Shown here piece by piece: positions 8,137 through 16,323 of a stretch of DNA of 64,000 bases. Every line of letters begins with the position of its first letter. Position 1 is the first letter of the stretch. Made by a program: the position numbers and the translations under genes. Under the pieces are notes generated by a model. It ran no database searches. It was not told the DNA's origin and saw nothing but the letters and a program-made list of their open reading frames with translations. Where the stretch lies: IMG/VR virus record IMGVR_UViG_3300010348_000552. One strand, given 5' to 3'. Origin of the DNA: an uncultured virus (IMG/VR IMGVR_UViG_3300010348_000552). Its lineage: Duplodnaviria > Heunggongvirae > Uroviricota > Caudoviricetes.

Positions 8137-8366
8137 CTTAGCATACGAGACTAGTTGGCTTACTCAGATAACATCGCAGAGGCCTCTGCCACCAACCTGA
8201 GAGTGGTCTCTCGTATGCGGCACTTCGGCTACTTGGGTTACTATAGGTCCCCGTAGGTCGGTGAGAGCTGGGATGGATACCAGTTGACCTTCCAGTAGCC
8301 TAAGCCTGATTGTCAAACCGTGCCAGCGTATAAGATGGAGGTTACCGACTGGCTGGCACGGGTGGC
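8137..8366 (-). ncRNA. Candidate structured RNA trailing the atypical tRNA
   Basis: 10-bp stems CCGTGCCAGC/GCTGGCACGG and GCATACGAGA/TCTCGTATGC plus GGCTAC/GTAGCC; no ORF with RBS. Confidence 0.5.
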
Positions 8367-8370
8367 ATAA

Positions 8371-8460
8371 TGGCGGGCCGGGAGAGATTCGAACTCCCAC
8401 GGGTGTAAGTTACCCTGCGGATTAGTTGTCCGCTGCTTTTACCATTTTCGCCACCGACCC
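8371..8460 (-). tRNA. Atypical long-variable-arm tRNA, Ser-like, anticodon loop CAACTAA
   Basis: GGGTCGG/CCGGCCC-G-CCA; GCGGA/TCCGC stem; GGGTAACTTACACCC variable arm; GGGAG-TTCGAAT-CTCTC T-arm. Confidence 0.85.
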
Positions 8461-8549
8461 GTTGCTGCACCGTGAACTCGGCCAGGGCCTTCCCCATGAG
8501 TGTCGCGGACTGTTACTGAGGGTGGAGGTAGTTGGCTGTTCACACTAAG

Positions 8550-8578
8550 ATAGTAGCAACTACACTAAGACCTGTCAA
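8550..8578 (-). promoter_or_regulatory. Promoter for the tRNA/ncRNA transcript
   Basis: TTGACA-17 nt-TACTAT. Confidence 0.7.
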
Positions 8579-8646
8579 GCGGCAAAACCGCTTTTTTGCT
8601 TGAAAACGTGACGGGAGGTGTGTACAATTCGACGGAGGTGAGACCG

Positions 8647-8830
8647 ATGCAGAAGAATTGTGCCATCTACACGCGAGTTTCGACGGAGGAACAGGCCGCC
8701 GAGGGCGTCTCGTTGGACATGCAGGAACGGTCGTGCCGAGAGGCCGCTGCCAAGTTGGGGTTCACGGTCACTGCCGTCTTCAAGGACGAGGGCATCTCGG
8801 CCTTCAGCCGAAAGCCTCGCCCGGCAGGTC
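8647..8830 (+). pseudogene. Truncated serine recombinase, N-terminal part only
   Basis: GGAGG RBS; AIYTRVSTEEQ...SLDMQ...FKDEGISA...RP, after which similarity is lost. Confidence 0.75.
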
Positions 8831-9138
8831 TTCCGAGGGAGGCAACGGCAGGAGTTGCGGCTGGAGGTAATATAGATGGACTATGCAGGGTGGCGTTCAG
8901 CAGAGTGAAGGTTAGCCTGCATAGTCAAAAGAAAAGGCCCCGTGCTGATACCACGAGGCCTTTCCACGACAGCGGCATGACTACCTTCAGGCTACGTGCT
9001 TTGTCGCCACTGTCGCCACCTGCTGTGCCAGCCGCATGACGGCGACATGGAGGGCGGCGTCACTCATGTTGGCCAGCACGAGGGACGGGAAGTGCTGCTT
9101 CAGGCCCTGTTCCCGACTACGTGCAGGTATATGGTTCA

Positions 9139-9483
9139 TTAGTCAACGTCGTCGCCCACGATCACCGGGAAGGTATTCATCATGCCGACCTGCTTGGTGA
9201 GTTCGAGGAGGGAGAGCCGCAGGGCCTCGGTTTCCGTGGCCTCTAGGTTCTGTGGGCTGATGCTGAGAGAGGCCATCCGGCCCAGTCCACTCACTTCCGT
9301 ACAGAAGACGGTCGTGCTTCGTTCCAGTCCATCGTCGTCCCGGTAGTAGGTCAGGTCACACTGGTAGCCACCCACCATCGGCTGAAATGTGACGTGGGAA
9401 CGGCCCGACGCCGCTGCCCAAGCATAGGCGTCGTTACTCAACACCATCTCTTCCAGTAGGGTCACCAGTTTGCGGTCAAGCAT
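9139..9483 (-). CDS. Hypothetical protein
   Basis: GGAGG RBS; promoter TTGACC-18-TAGAAT upstream. Confidence 0.7.
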   Translation of the reverse strand: MLDRKLVTLLEEMVLSNDAYAWAAASGRSHVTFQPMVGGYQCDLTYYRDDDGLERSTTVFCTEVSGLGRMASLSISPQNLEATETEALRLSLLELTKQVGMMNTFPVIVGDDVD

Positions 9484-9540
9484 GGTTCCACCTCCACCCA
9501 CTATTCTACCAACTAAGCCCTACTTAGGTCAAATGGTTAG

Positions 9541-9569
9541 TTGACTTTTTGAGGATAGGCTGCTATAAT
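9541..9569 (+). promoter_or_regulatory. Sigma70 promoter of the recombinase
   Basis: TTGACT-17 nt-TATAAT. Confidence 0.8.
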
Positions 9570-9605
9570 TTTTAGGCAAACGGTGGATACCTGGAGGTGT
9601 TGACG

Positions 9606-10310
9606 ATGGCCCGACGCAAGGCCAGTTCGGAAAACAAGGCAATCGGCTATGTGCGGGTCTCAACCACACAGCAGGGGGAGAACGGCCACAGCATTGACGG
9701 CCAGATCGAACGCATGAAGCGGCGGTGTGCCGAAGAGGGACTGAAGTTGGTTGATATTGTAGTAGAGGTCGCCTCCAGCACCGCCGAACGGGAACTCTTC
9801 GAGGCCGTGCAGGAACGGATCAGCAATGACGAGGCTCGGTGCTTAGTGGGCTGCAAGATTGACCGGATTGGCCGCAGCCTTATCCACTTGGCTTCGATCT
9901 GCAACTGGGCCGAACGGGAGAAGGCCAGCATCTTCTCCGTGGACGAGGGTTGGCAGATACGTGACGGCAAGATCGTTGACAACATGCTTCCGTTTCGGAT
10001 AGCTATGGCTCAGGTGGAACTGACGAATATTCGGGAACGGACCCGACAGGGCTTGGCAGCGGCCAAGGCCAAGGGCGTGAAGTTGGGCCGCAAGCCGCAG
10101 AACCCAGAGCTGGCGGAGCGGTGCTACCAACTTCGGTTCGGCCAGCGGCTGAAGTGGCAGGAGATCGTTGACCTGCTCAATAAGGAGGGGGTTGTGACGA
10201 AGGGCGGCAGGGCGGTCAACCTGGGGACGTTGTATGGGATGGTCAGTTGGTATGCCCGAGACCGGAAGCTGCCGTTCGAGACGGGACGCATTGCCGAGTG
10301 TGGGGCGTGA
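9606..10310 (+). CDS. Serine recombinase (resolvase/invertase family)
   Basis: GYVRVSTTQQ, KIDRIGRS, IRERTRQGLAAAKAKGVKLGR, C-terminal HTH-like segment. Confidence 0.92.
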   Translation: MARRKASSENKAIGYVRVSTTQQGENGHSIDGQIERMKRRCAEEGLKLVDIVVEVASSTAERELFEAVQERISNDEARCLVGCKIDRIGRSLIHLASICNWAEREKASIFSVDEGWQIRDGKIVDNMLPFRIAMAQVELTNIRERTRQGLAAAKAKGVKLGRKPQNPELAERCYQLRFGQRLKWQEIVDLLNKEGVVTKGGRAVNLGTLYGMVSWYARDRKLPFETGRIAECGA

Positions 10311-10358
10311 CAGTGTTGGACGCGGCCCTAAAGCCAAAGTGCCGGTCGCGGACGCGGG
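10303..10358 (+). ncRNA. 5' part of a tmRNA-like tRNA-like domain
   Basis: GGGCGTG acceptor strand, stemless D-loop ending GAC, helix CGCGGCC/GGTCGCG, then GAC-GCGGG. Confidence 0.75.
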
Positions 10359-11608
10359 TTGATTGACATGAAGGGTATATAGTCGAATGAAGATCGTTCG
10401 CTCATCCAAATGTTCGACGAAGTGGCTGACAGCCGAGAAGCGGTCAGTTCTCCGTCGTGTCTTGGAGGAATACGGGCGGGTCGTCAACATCTTCATCGAC
10501 CATTTCTGGAAACTACCAACCCCGCCGTCCAAGGCGGAACTCCTAAAGCCAATCGTGGACATTCCCGAGACTTGGCTGGCCGCACGGTTCCGAAAGGTGG
10601 CCGCACGGGAGGCTCTGGACATTATCTCGTCCTCCCGCGAGTTGGCCGCCACCAAGCGTAAGGAACTGCTCTCGGCCTCTGCGAGGAAGTTCGACAAAGG
10701 GAAGATAAATCAGAGCAGGAAACTGCGTCTGAGGGCATCCTCTCTCGAAGCGGTCAAACCCACCCATTCGGGCCGCACGATGAGCGTCTCCACGACTATA
10801 GCCAATCTGCGTTACCCCAAGGACACGACCGAGTTCGACGGATGGTTGGAGATCAGGTGCGTAGGCGAAAAGATCGCCATCGATATACCGATCCGTTTCC
10901 ACCGTCACTATCGTAAGTTGAATCTCAGAGGCGAACGCCAGCAGGCTTGCGTTGTCTCCCTCGACTGGGTGCAGTTCCCATTCGAGATAGAGACCGGACC
11001 CAAGCGTGATGGCAATGTCGTCGTCGGGATCGATACCGGAATTAAGAGTCTCGCCACGCTTTCCACCGGGGAGAAGTTCGGCACCGACATCGAGGACATC
11101 ATCGACAGGATCAATCGGTGCAAGCACGGATCGAATGGACAGCAACGGGCGAGACGGGCATTGAGACAACGAATCGACGAGGTCGCACGGGAGATCACGT
11201 CCCGTGATGACATCGACATGGTAGTGGTGGAGAGGCTCACTGGTTTAGGATTCTTCACCAAGGTCAAACGTCGCTTGACCAGAAAGATGCGACGCTCGGT
11301 CGGTGCGTGGCTGTACGGATACTGGTTGAACAAGTTGCGTATGAACACGGAGGACGACCGTGTCGGCTTCCGCTCCGTTCCCGCTTGGAACACCAGCATC
11401 ACCTGCCCACGTTGCGGACACATCGACCGGAGGAACCGCCTGAGTCAGAGTGTCTTCCTGTGCCTTGGGTGTGGCCACCACGGGGATGCTGACGTGATAG
11501 CATCGGAAAACATCGGCGGTCGGTTCCTCTCCGGACCATACGGTGCCGGATGCAAACCACTGATTCTGGGAGTGACGTGAGTCAATTTTCCCAGATTCAG
11601 AGGAACGG
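10359..11608 (+). mobile_element. Non-autonomous tnpB-only element, IS607-like ends
   Basis: Removing it restores GCGGG-TTCGATT-CCCGC; GGTT at both junctions; right end GAACGG; contains only tnpB. Confidence 0.8.
10387..11580 (+). CDS. tnpB: RNA-guided endonuclease TnpB
   Basis: RuvC motifs VGIDTG, VVVERL, DADVIASENI; Zn finger CPRCG...CLGCG. Confidence 0.93.
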   Translation: MKIVRSSKCSTKWLTAEKRSVLRRVLEEYGRVVNIFIDHFWKLPTPPSKAELLKPIVDIPETWLAARFRKVAAREALDIISSSRELAATKRKELLSASARKFDKGKINQSRKLRLRASSLEAVKPTHSGRTMSVSTTIANLRYPKDTTEFDGWLEIRCVGEKIAIDIPIRFHRHYRKLNLRGERQQACVVSLDWVQFPFEIETGPKRDGNVVVGIDTGIKSLATLSTGEKFGTDIEDIIDRINRCKHGSNGQQRARRALRQRIDEVAREITSRDDIDMVVVERLTGLGFFTKVKRRLTRKMRRSVGAWLYGYWLNKLRMNTEDDRVGFRSVPAWNTSITCPRCGHIDRRNRLSQSVFLCLGCGHHGDADVIASENIGGRFLSGPYGAGCKPLILGVT

Positions 11609-11631
11609 TTCGATTCCCGCTACGTCCACCA
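11609..11631 (+). ncRNA. 3' part of the tmRNA-like domain (T-loop, acceptor strand, CCA)
   Basis: TTCGATT-CCCGC-TACGTCC-A-CCA pairs with 10303-10309 and 10354-10358. Confidence 0.8.
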
Positions 11632-11640
11632 GCAAGTAAG

Positions 11641-11665
11641 AGGCCCCGGTGTTAGCCGGGGCCTT
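11641..11665. terminator. Hairpin between convergent units
   Basis: AGGCCCCGG-TGTTAG-CCGGGGCCT. Confidence 0.7.
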
Positions 11666-11669
11666 GTCG

Positions 11670-11942
11670 TTAGGGCTGGTAGGTGGTGAGCAATTGTTTC
11701 ACTTCGGCTATGGCAGCAGTACCCCGTGGTACGGAACGGCCCAGGAGATCGTCCATCCCCACGCCGAGGGCGTCGGCAATCGCCACCGCCGAGTGTAGCT
11801 GGATGCCGGTATGCTTGGCTCCGATGTGTCCGACCTCGGCTCGACGGATGGTCATTATGTCGCAGTCGGCGAGTTCGGCCAGCTTCTCCCGGCTGAGTTT
11901 GTGCTGCTTACGGATTGACCGTAGGTTGCGTAGATAGACCAC
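11670..11942 (-). CDS. XRE-family HTH regulator
   Basis: LRSIRKQHKLSREKLAELADCDIMTIRRAE...IADALGV; AGGAGG then GTG. Confidence 0.88.
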   Translation of the reverse strand: MVYLRNLRSIRKQHKLSREKLAELADCDIMTIRRAEVGHIGAKHTGIQLHSAVAIADALGVGMDDLLGRSVPRGTAAIAEVKQLLTTYQP

Positions 11943-11944
11943 TT

Positions 11945-12139
11945 CTACCTCCTCGCAAAGCGTGTCGCTGCCGCCTTCGCTCCTCGGAGCGTGTTCACTG
12001 TCCCCCAACCGATTATCTGGTATGACGAGACGTCCCAAACGTAGAGGTCATCCTGCTTCTCGACCGTCAGCACATAGCTGTTGTCGAAGGCCAGCCAAGT
12101 CTTGCCGCATACGATCTCTTCCCACTTTACCTTAGGCAT
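11945..12139 (-). CDS. Hypothetical protein, possibly leaderless
   Basis: TTGACA-18-TATCAT ends 6 nt before the ATG. Confidence 0.6.
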   Translation of the reverse strand: MPKVKWEEIVCGKTWLAFDNSYVLTVEKQDDLYVWDVSSYQIIGWGTVNTLRGAKAAATRFARR

Positions 12140-12180
12140 GTATCTATGATAGCACTATGCTGGCAGGACTGTCAACCAGC

Positions 12181-12226
12181 AAAACAAACACAGACACCAC
12201 CGAAAGGGCAATCGGTGGTGTCTGTG
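12181..12226 (-). terminator. Intrinsic terminator
   Basis: 15-bp perfect stem followed by TTTGTTTT. Confidence 0.85.
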
Positions 12227-12409
12227 CGGAGGTGGACCAACAACAACTACAGATGAGACTGTACATCTGAAGGTCTGCTCTATCTCCTTGGCCGTGGCAC
12301 AGAGCAGGCCTTCCACCGAATAGGGGATGATCGCAGGCAACGGTTATGCTTTGCTGTCTGTCCCTGGTTTTATTGCGGCACAACTAACGTGGTTGCCGTT
12401 GCCACCACT
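12181..12409 (-). ncRNA. Candidate structured ncRNA of about 225 nt
   Basis: Bounded by promoter TTGACG-18-TATAGT (12410-12439) and a terminator; several stems; no credible ORF. Confidence 0.6.
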
Positions 12410-12410
12410 A

Positions 12411-13145
12411 CTATACCACTGCGTACCGTCGGGCGTCAAGCGGTCTTTCGGCCAGCATGTCTGCACAGTTCGCAATGATGCGGTAGTTGAGGGTCGCCGT
12501 GATCGGCTGGAAGTGCAGGACGGGATTGCCCTCGGCGTCGGCCCCGATATTGCAGAGGTCGTTCACGCCCTGACCAAGGACCGACTTGAGGCACATCGAG
12601 CAACGGTAGGGCTTTGGCTTGTCGGCGGAAATATCGGCGTTCGCCAACTCGAAGTGCCCCGAGGGATTGATAACGGCCCCGGCCTCCAGCCACAGCAACT
12701 CCCAATCTCTACAGTCAACGGGACGCTTCAACCACTGGGCTGCATGGACAGACGGGCAGTTATCGTAGCGGTCCCCACAGATACAGGTCTCTATCCTGTT
12801 GCAGCGTCTGCCACTGTCTCGGTTTCCAGTCCCCATTGTGCAGTCGAAGCCATTCCACGGCGGCTGCGTACTCTCGATCTCGGTGACCAGCCCCCCCTCT
12901 TTGCTGGAGAAGAAGTCCGCAAAGAACGCCGCCTTGACGCAGCCCGAGTAGTAGTCCCGTTCCACAACATCCTGGGCATAGTCGAGAAGATCGGTGGCCG
13001 ACCGCATGATGTCGTGTTTGTGTGGAAGCCATCGCTTCAGGGCCAACAAGCACTCTTCTTCCCACAACTGGTAGGCTTCCTGCTTGGCCTGGAGGGGCGT
13101 GAGGATACCGTCGAACAACTTCCCGTTGATCTCAGACCAGTTCAC
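12411..13145 (-). CDS. Hypothetical Cys-rich protein
   Basis: GGAGG RBS, GTG overlapping the upstream stop. Confidence 0.75.
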   Translation of the reverse strand: MNWSEINGKLFDGILTPLQAKQEAYQLWEEECLLALKRWLPHKHDIMRSATDLLDYAQDVVERDYYSGCVKAAFFADFFSSKEGGLVTEIESTQPPWNGFDCTMGTGNRDSGRRCNRIETCICGDRYDNCPSVHAAQWLKRPVDCRDWELLWLEAGAVINPSGHFELANADISADKPKPYRCSMCLKSVLGQGVNDLCNIGADAEGNPVLHFQPITATLNYRIIANCADMLAERPLDARRYAVV

Positions 13146-13477
13146 TTGGTCGCCTCCGGTACTTCGTCGAGTTTGTAGTAGGCGGGGATATGCCACTTCC
13201 TGGCCTTGTGGAACTCCAGTCGTGCCCCGTCGCTGTTCTCCCACCCCGGCAGGAGGTAGATGGCGTCACACCGTTTGAGCAGGTCGAGGCACTGTCGCAT
13301 GAAGTCGCGGTAGCACAGCCCGGTCTCTTCATCCCACTTATGCGTCATGGAGTGGGGGCAGATAACGGAGTGGCCGCGCCGCATGAGTTGCTGGCCGACG
13401 AGGGTGGCCTGGAGGACGTTGGCTTCGATCTCAGTGCCGGTCTCGGCGGAGTACGGCCCGGCTATGTAGATGAGCAT
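13142..13477 (-). CDS. DUF4406/DUF1937-like (nucleoside deoxyribosyltransferase fold) protein
   Basis: IYIAGPY, CDAIYLLPGWENSDGARLE. Confidence 0.85.
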   Translation of the reverse strand: MLIYIAGPYSAETGTEIEANVLQATLVGQQLMRRGHSVICPHSMTHKWDEETGLCYRDFMRQCLDLLKRCDAIYLLPGWENSDGARLEFHKARKWHIPAYYKLDEVPEATK

Positions 13478-13617
13478 TGGTCCTCCTCACCGACGATTTT
13501 GATGCCATTAGCCAGACACTGAGCCTTGCGGTCAAAGTCTTCCACCGTGATGTGATGTTTTTCGAGCAGTTCCTTTTGGTGTGGCTCCAACTGCAACTTG
13601 AGTTCGCGGGCCATCAT
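13462..13617 (-). CDS. Small hypothetical protein
   Basis: GGAGG RBS; fills the operon gap. Confidence 0.55.
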   Translation of the reverse strand: MMARELKLQLEPHQKELLEKHHITVEDFDRKAQCLANGIKIVGEEDQCSST

Positions 13618-14198
13618 AGCCTCCCGATGTTCTTGACGGCTTCCTGCTTCCACTTCGGGGCTGTGTCCGGTTCGAGTACCACTCGCCCCAGGGCCGCCAG
13701 TCCCACCGCATCGTACAGGTCCTTGTAGCAGAGCAGGCCCAGGCTGGTGCCCGGCCCCACCACCTTCTCTTCCGGCAGCAGATTGTGGTAGTCAGTCAGC
13801 ACGGCCAGGGCCTTGTCTTCCGGCTTGCCGTTGCCCTTGCCCGTCAGGAACTTCTTCAGGGTCGCGTTCGGCACCGGGTAGATCGTCTGGTACAGGAACT
13901 CATCGTGTTCGAGCCAGCGGATGATATTCCAGTAGAGGGTGCGGAGGTCCATTGCCTCGCCCAGGAGACGGCCCGATGGTTCCTCGATGAAGACCTCGAT
14001 GTTGTCGCAGGCGTCGAGCAGCCCCGAGTTGACGATGGCACTGAGGACGTGGCAGGCAATCCGGTCGCACCGTTCGCCGACGTGTGGTTCGTCCTTGAAG
14101 TGGCCGTCAATCTGTTCGGTATAGGTTTGCCCGGTCGCGGTATCGTAGACACAGACGCCCGTTGACGACAGTGAAGGGTCAATCCCGACTATGAACAT
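13614..14198 (-). CDS. RuvC-like Holliday junction resolvase
   Basis: IVGIDPSLSSTG, VFIEE, TLKKFLTGKGN, DLYDA. Confidence 0.85.
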   Translation of the reverse strand: MFIVGIDPSLSSTGVCVYDTATGQTYTEQIDGHFKDEPHVGERCDRIACHVLSAIVNSGLLDACDNIEVFIEEPSGRLLGEAMDLRTLYWNIIRWLEHDEFLYQTIYPVPNATLKKFLTGKGNGKPEDKALAVLTDYHNLLPEEKVVGPGTSLGLLCYKDLYDAVGLAALGRVVLEPDTAPKWKQEAVKNIGRL

Positions 14199-14297
14199 GC
14201 TATCACCTCGGTACTAAGCGTATCACACTACCAACTTACGGTCAAATGGTGTGTTCGACCAGTTGACTTGGGAGGGCCATCGGCATACCATTAGGAC

Positions 14298-14930
14298 ATG
14301 CCTAACATCGCCCTCCATGCCAAACTATGTTCCGGTAAGTCCCTCACTGCTAAGTTGTTGCAGGAGCGGCACGGCTACCACCTCGTCACCCTGGCGGCAC
14401 CGATCTACTCTGCCGCCCAACTCAGTCGGACCTACCTCCAGTCCGACGCCTTGTTCTCCCTAACCATGCTGGACTTCGTGGCGGGTCTCACCAACAAACG
14501 CTTCGCCCCTCTGATCTTCAAGCAATGGCTATCACTGATTGATTTTCATGAGGCGGAACTGCTGAGTGGCAAGAAGCCTCGGGCCTTCCTTCAGGACTTC
14601 GGCCAACTGGTACGGGACTTCGACGAGAACGCCTTCATTCGGATGGCTTTGGAGAGTGCCGAGGGCCAGTGTGTCTGTGACGATCTACGGCTGCTTGACG
14701 AGGCCTGGGCCTTTCGGGACGCGGGGTGGAGTCTGGTACGGCTGGACCTGCCCGAGGCGGTGCGTCTGGAACGGGTGCGTCGTTTCTACCCCGAGCAGGT
14801 CCACCTGCTGCAACATCGAACGGAGTGTGACCTGGACGACTGGACGGACTGGGACGCGGTGTTGTCTACGGACTGTCCGCTGGAGGAGTTGCCGGGGCGG
14901 GTTGACGCTTTAGTGCAGTCGCTTCGGTGA
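14298..14930 (+). CDS. Deoxynucleoside monophosphate kinase-like protein
   Basis: CSGKS P-loop, LAAPI, RAFLQDFG, DDLRLLDE, HRTE. Confidence 0.8.
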   Translation: MPNIALHAKLCSGKSLTAKLLQERHGYHLVTLAAPIYSAAQLSRTYLQSDALFSLTMLDFVAGLTNKRFAPLIFKQWLSLIDFHEAELLSGKKPRAFLQDFGQLVRDFDENAFIRMALESAEGQCVCDDLRLLDEAWAFRDAGWSLVRLDLPEAVRLERVRRFYPEQVHLLQHRTECDLDDWTDWDAVLSTDCPLEELPGRVDALVQSLR

Positions 14931-15084
14931 AGAAGCGGCGGTCCTTGAACTCGGACTGCTTGCCGAGGTTCCATTCGGTCGTAGGCCGGAGGTAACCCAT
15001 GACACGTGACCAGATTTCGCAGGGCTGACGTTCCTCGTCAGTGAGCGTGATCGTCTTGCCGCCAATGTTATGGCTTATCGGCAT
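14866..15084 (-). CDS. Stand-alone NrdD C-terminal (glycyl-radical) domain protein
   Basis: CEIWSRVMGYLRPTTEWNLGKQSEFKDR. Confidence 0.85.
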   Translation of the reverse strand: MPISHNIGGKTITLTDEERQPCEIWSRVMGYLRPTTEWNLGKQSEFKDRRFFTEATALKRQPAPATPPADSP

Positions 15085-15094
15085 TGCAGCACCC

Positions 15095-16030
15095 CTATAG
15101 TATCGCCAACTCAAGTTGTTTCTCCTGGTAATCAGCATCTGGTTCACCAATGACACTGCCGAGTATTACGACTTCTTCCGTCTCTAGGTGGCTGCCGTTT
15201 GGGCGGGCGTCCATGCCACGCGGTAGTGGTATCACTCGGTAATGAGTACGAAGCGTGTGTTCGTATGGGTGTCGTTTCTCGCCTTTCCCCATGTACTCAG
15301 TCATAATCCAAGCTATGCCACGTTCTTCCAGCCACTCGATGTAGTTCATTAGCTTCGCTACGTGCTGTTCCGTCCAGCATCCCCGGTCATAAGTTTCTGT
15401 CTGAACGATATACGGTGGGTCGAGGAAGCAGAAGGCTTCACGGCCATCATCCACCAGTTCGAGGAAAGCATCAAGACAGTGGAAGCAGTCCGAGAAGACG
15501 CCTGCCTGTGTGTTTGCAGCCAACTGTGCAATGGCATGTAGTTCGTCGCTGCCATAGAGCTTGTTGGGGTCAGGAATGACACGACCTTTACCCCACGTTT
15601 GATTATAGCCTCCAGTGCTGTTGAAGCGAGCAAGGTTATTGGTGCTTTGGTACACTAAACACCACAGCCACGCCGCAGTCTCAATCGCATTGGGGCAGCG
15701 TTGATTGGCTGCATTCCAACCGTCACGCATCTGGTCAAACACAACACGGTCTTCGCTGGCGGCTGCGTATCGTTCGCGGAACTCAGCCATTGTGGCTATG
15801 AGCTGATTGGTTTCAGTCAATAGCCAGTGCCACCAGTTCCGCAACGGAGCATTGGCTTCGGCAATGAAGGTTGGTGCCTGGATGTTCTCTATGAAAGAGA
15901 TAGTAAAGGCCCCCGTACCAAAGAACGGTTCACAGACAATCAGGTCGTCTGGATAGTTCTCTGGAATGTAATGAAGAAGCCGATTCAGTTGTCTGTATTT
16001 GGACCCAGGCCATGACAATATGCGGTTCAT
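15095..16030 (-). CDS. Dam-like DNA adenine methyltransferase
   Basis: WPGSK, EPFFGTGA, RFNSTGGYN, FLDPPY. Confidence 0.9.
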   Translation of the reverse strand: MNRILSWPGSKYRQLNRLLHYIPENYPDDLIVCEPFFGTGAFTISFIENIQAPTFIAEANAPLRNWWHWLLTETNQLIATMAEFRERYAAASEDRVVFDQMRDGWNAANQRCPNAIETAAWLWCLVYQSTNNLARFNSTGGYNQTWGKGRVIPDPNKLYGSDELHAIAQLAANTQAGVFSDCFHCLDAFLELVDDGREAFCFLDPPYIVQTETYDRGCWTEQHVAKLMNYIEWLEERGIAWIMTEYMGKGEKRHPYEHTLRTHYRVIPLPRGMDARPNGSHLETEEVVILGSVIGEPDADYQEKQLELAIL

Positions 16031-16242
16031 TTCCGGTAGCACTCCTCGTCTTCCCAACGGGTCTTGCCGTCCTTCGGCCCGGTCCACGGATCACCGTACC
16101 GCCGCCAGTGCGGTAACTCCCTCTCCGTTACCAACGCCATCCGCACCGCTCGACGGTAGGCACGGTGGGCTAACACTTTGTACCACTTGTCGGAGCCGTT
16201 GCGCCAGCCAGTGAACGGGTGCTTCTTCCTCGACCGAGACAT
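16027..16242 (-). CDS. Small basic hypothetical protein
   Basis: GGAGG RBS; ATGA coupling. Confidence 0.7.
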   Translation of the reverse strand: MSRSRKKHPFTGWRNGSDKWYKVLAHRAYRRAVRMALVTERELPHWRRYGDPWTGPKDGKTRWEDEECYRK

Positions 16243-16323
16243 GCTATCACCCTCCGTTGCAGTCCACTTGCCGCCACTAAGCCTTGGTGCTACCCTCGCC
16301 CTACTTCAGTTGTGTGGTGAACC

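Noticed and set aside
8300..8370. Theta/HDV-like ribozyme at the tRNA 3' end
   Set aside because: No P3/L3 or catalytic J4/2 motif in the required order
9606..10310. Serine recombinase as the TnpA of the tnpB element
   Set aside because: It lies outside the junction-defined element and lacks the N-terminal HTH of IS607 TnpA
10359..11608. IStron (group I intron plus IS) that would splice out and restore the RNA
   Set aside because: Only 28 nt precede tnpB, leaving no room for an intron core
11609..11631. Simple attP/attR tRNA-end duplication
   Set aside because: A complementary 5' half exists across the insertion and no tyrosine integrase is in the window
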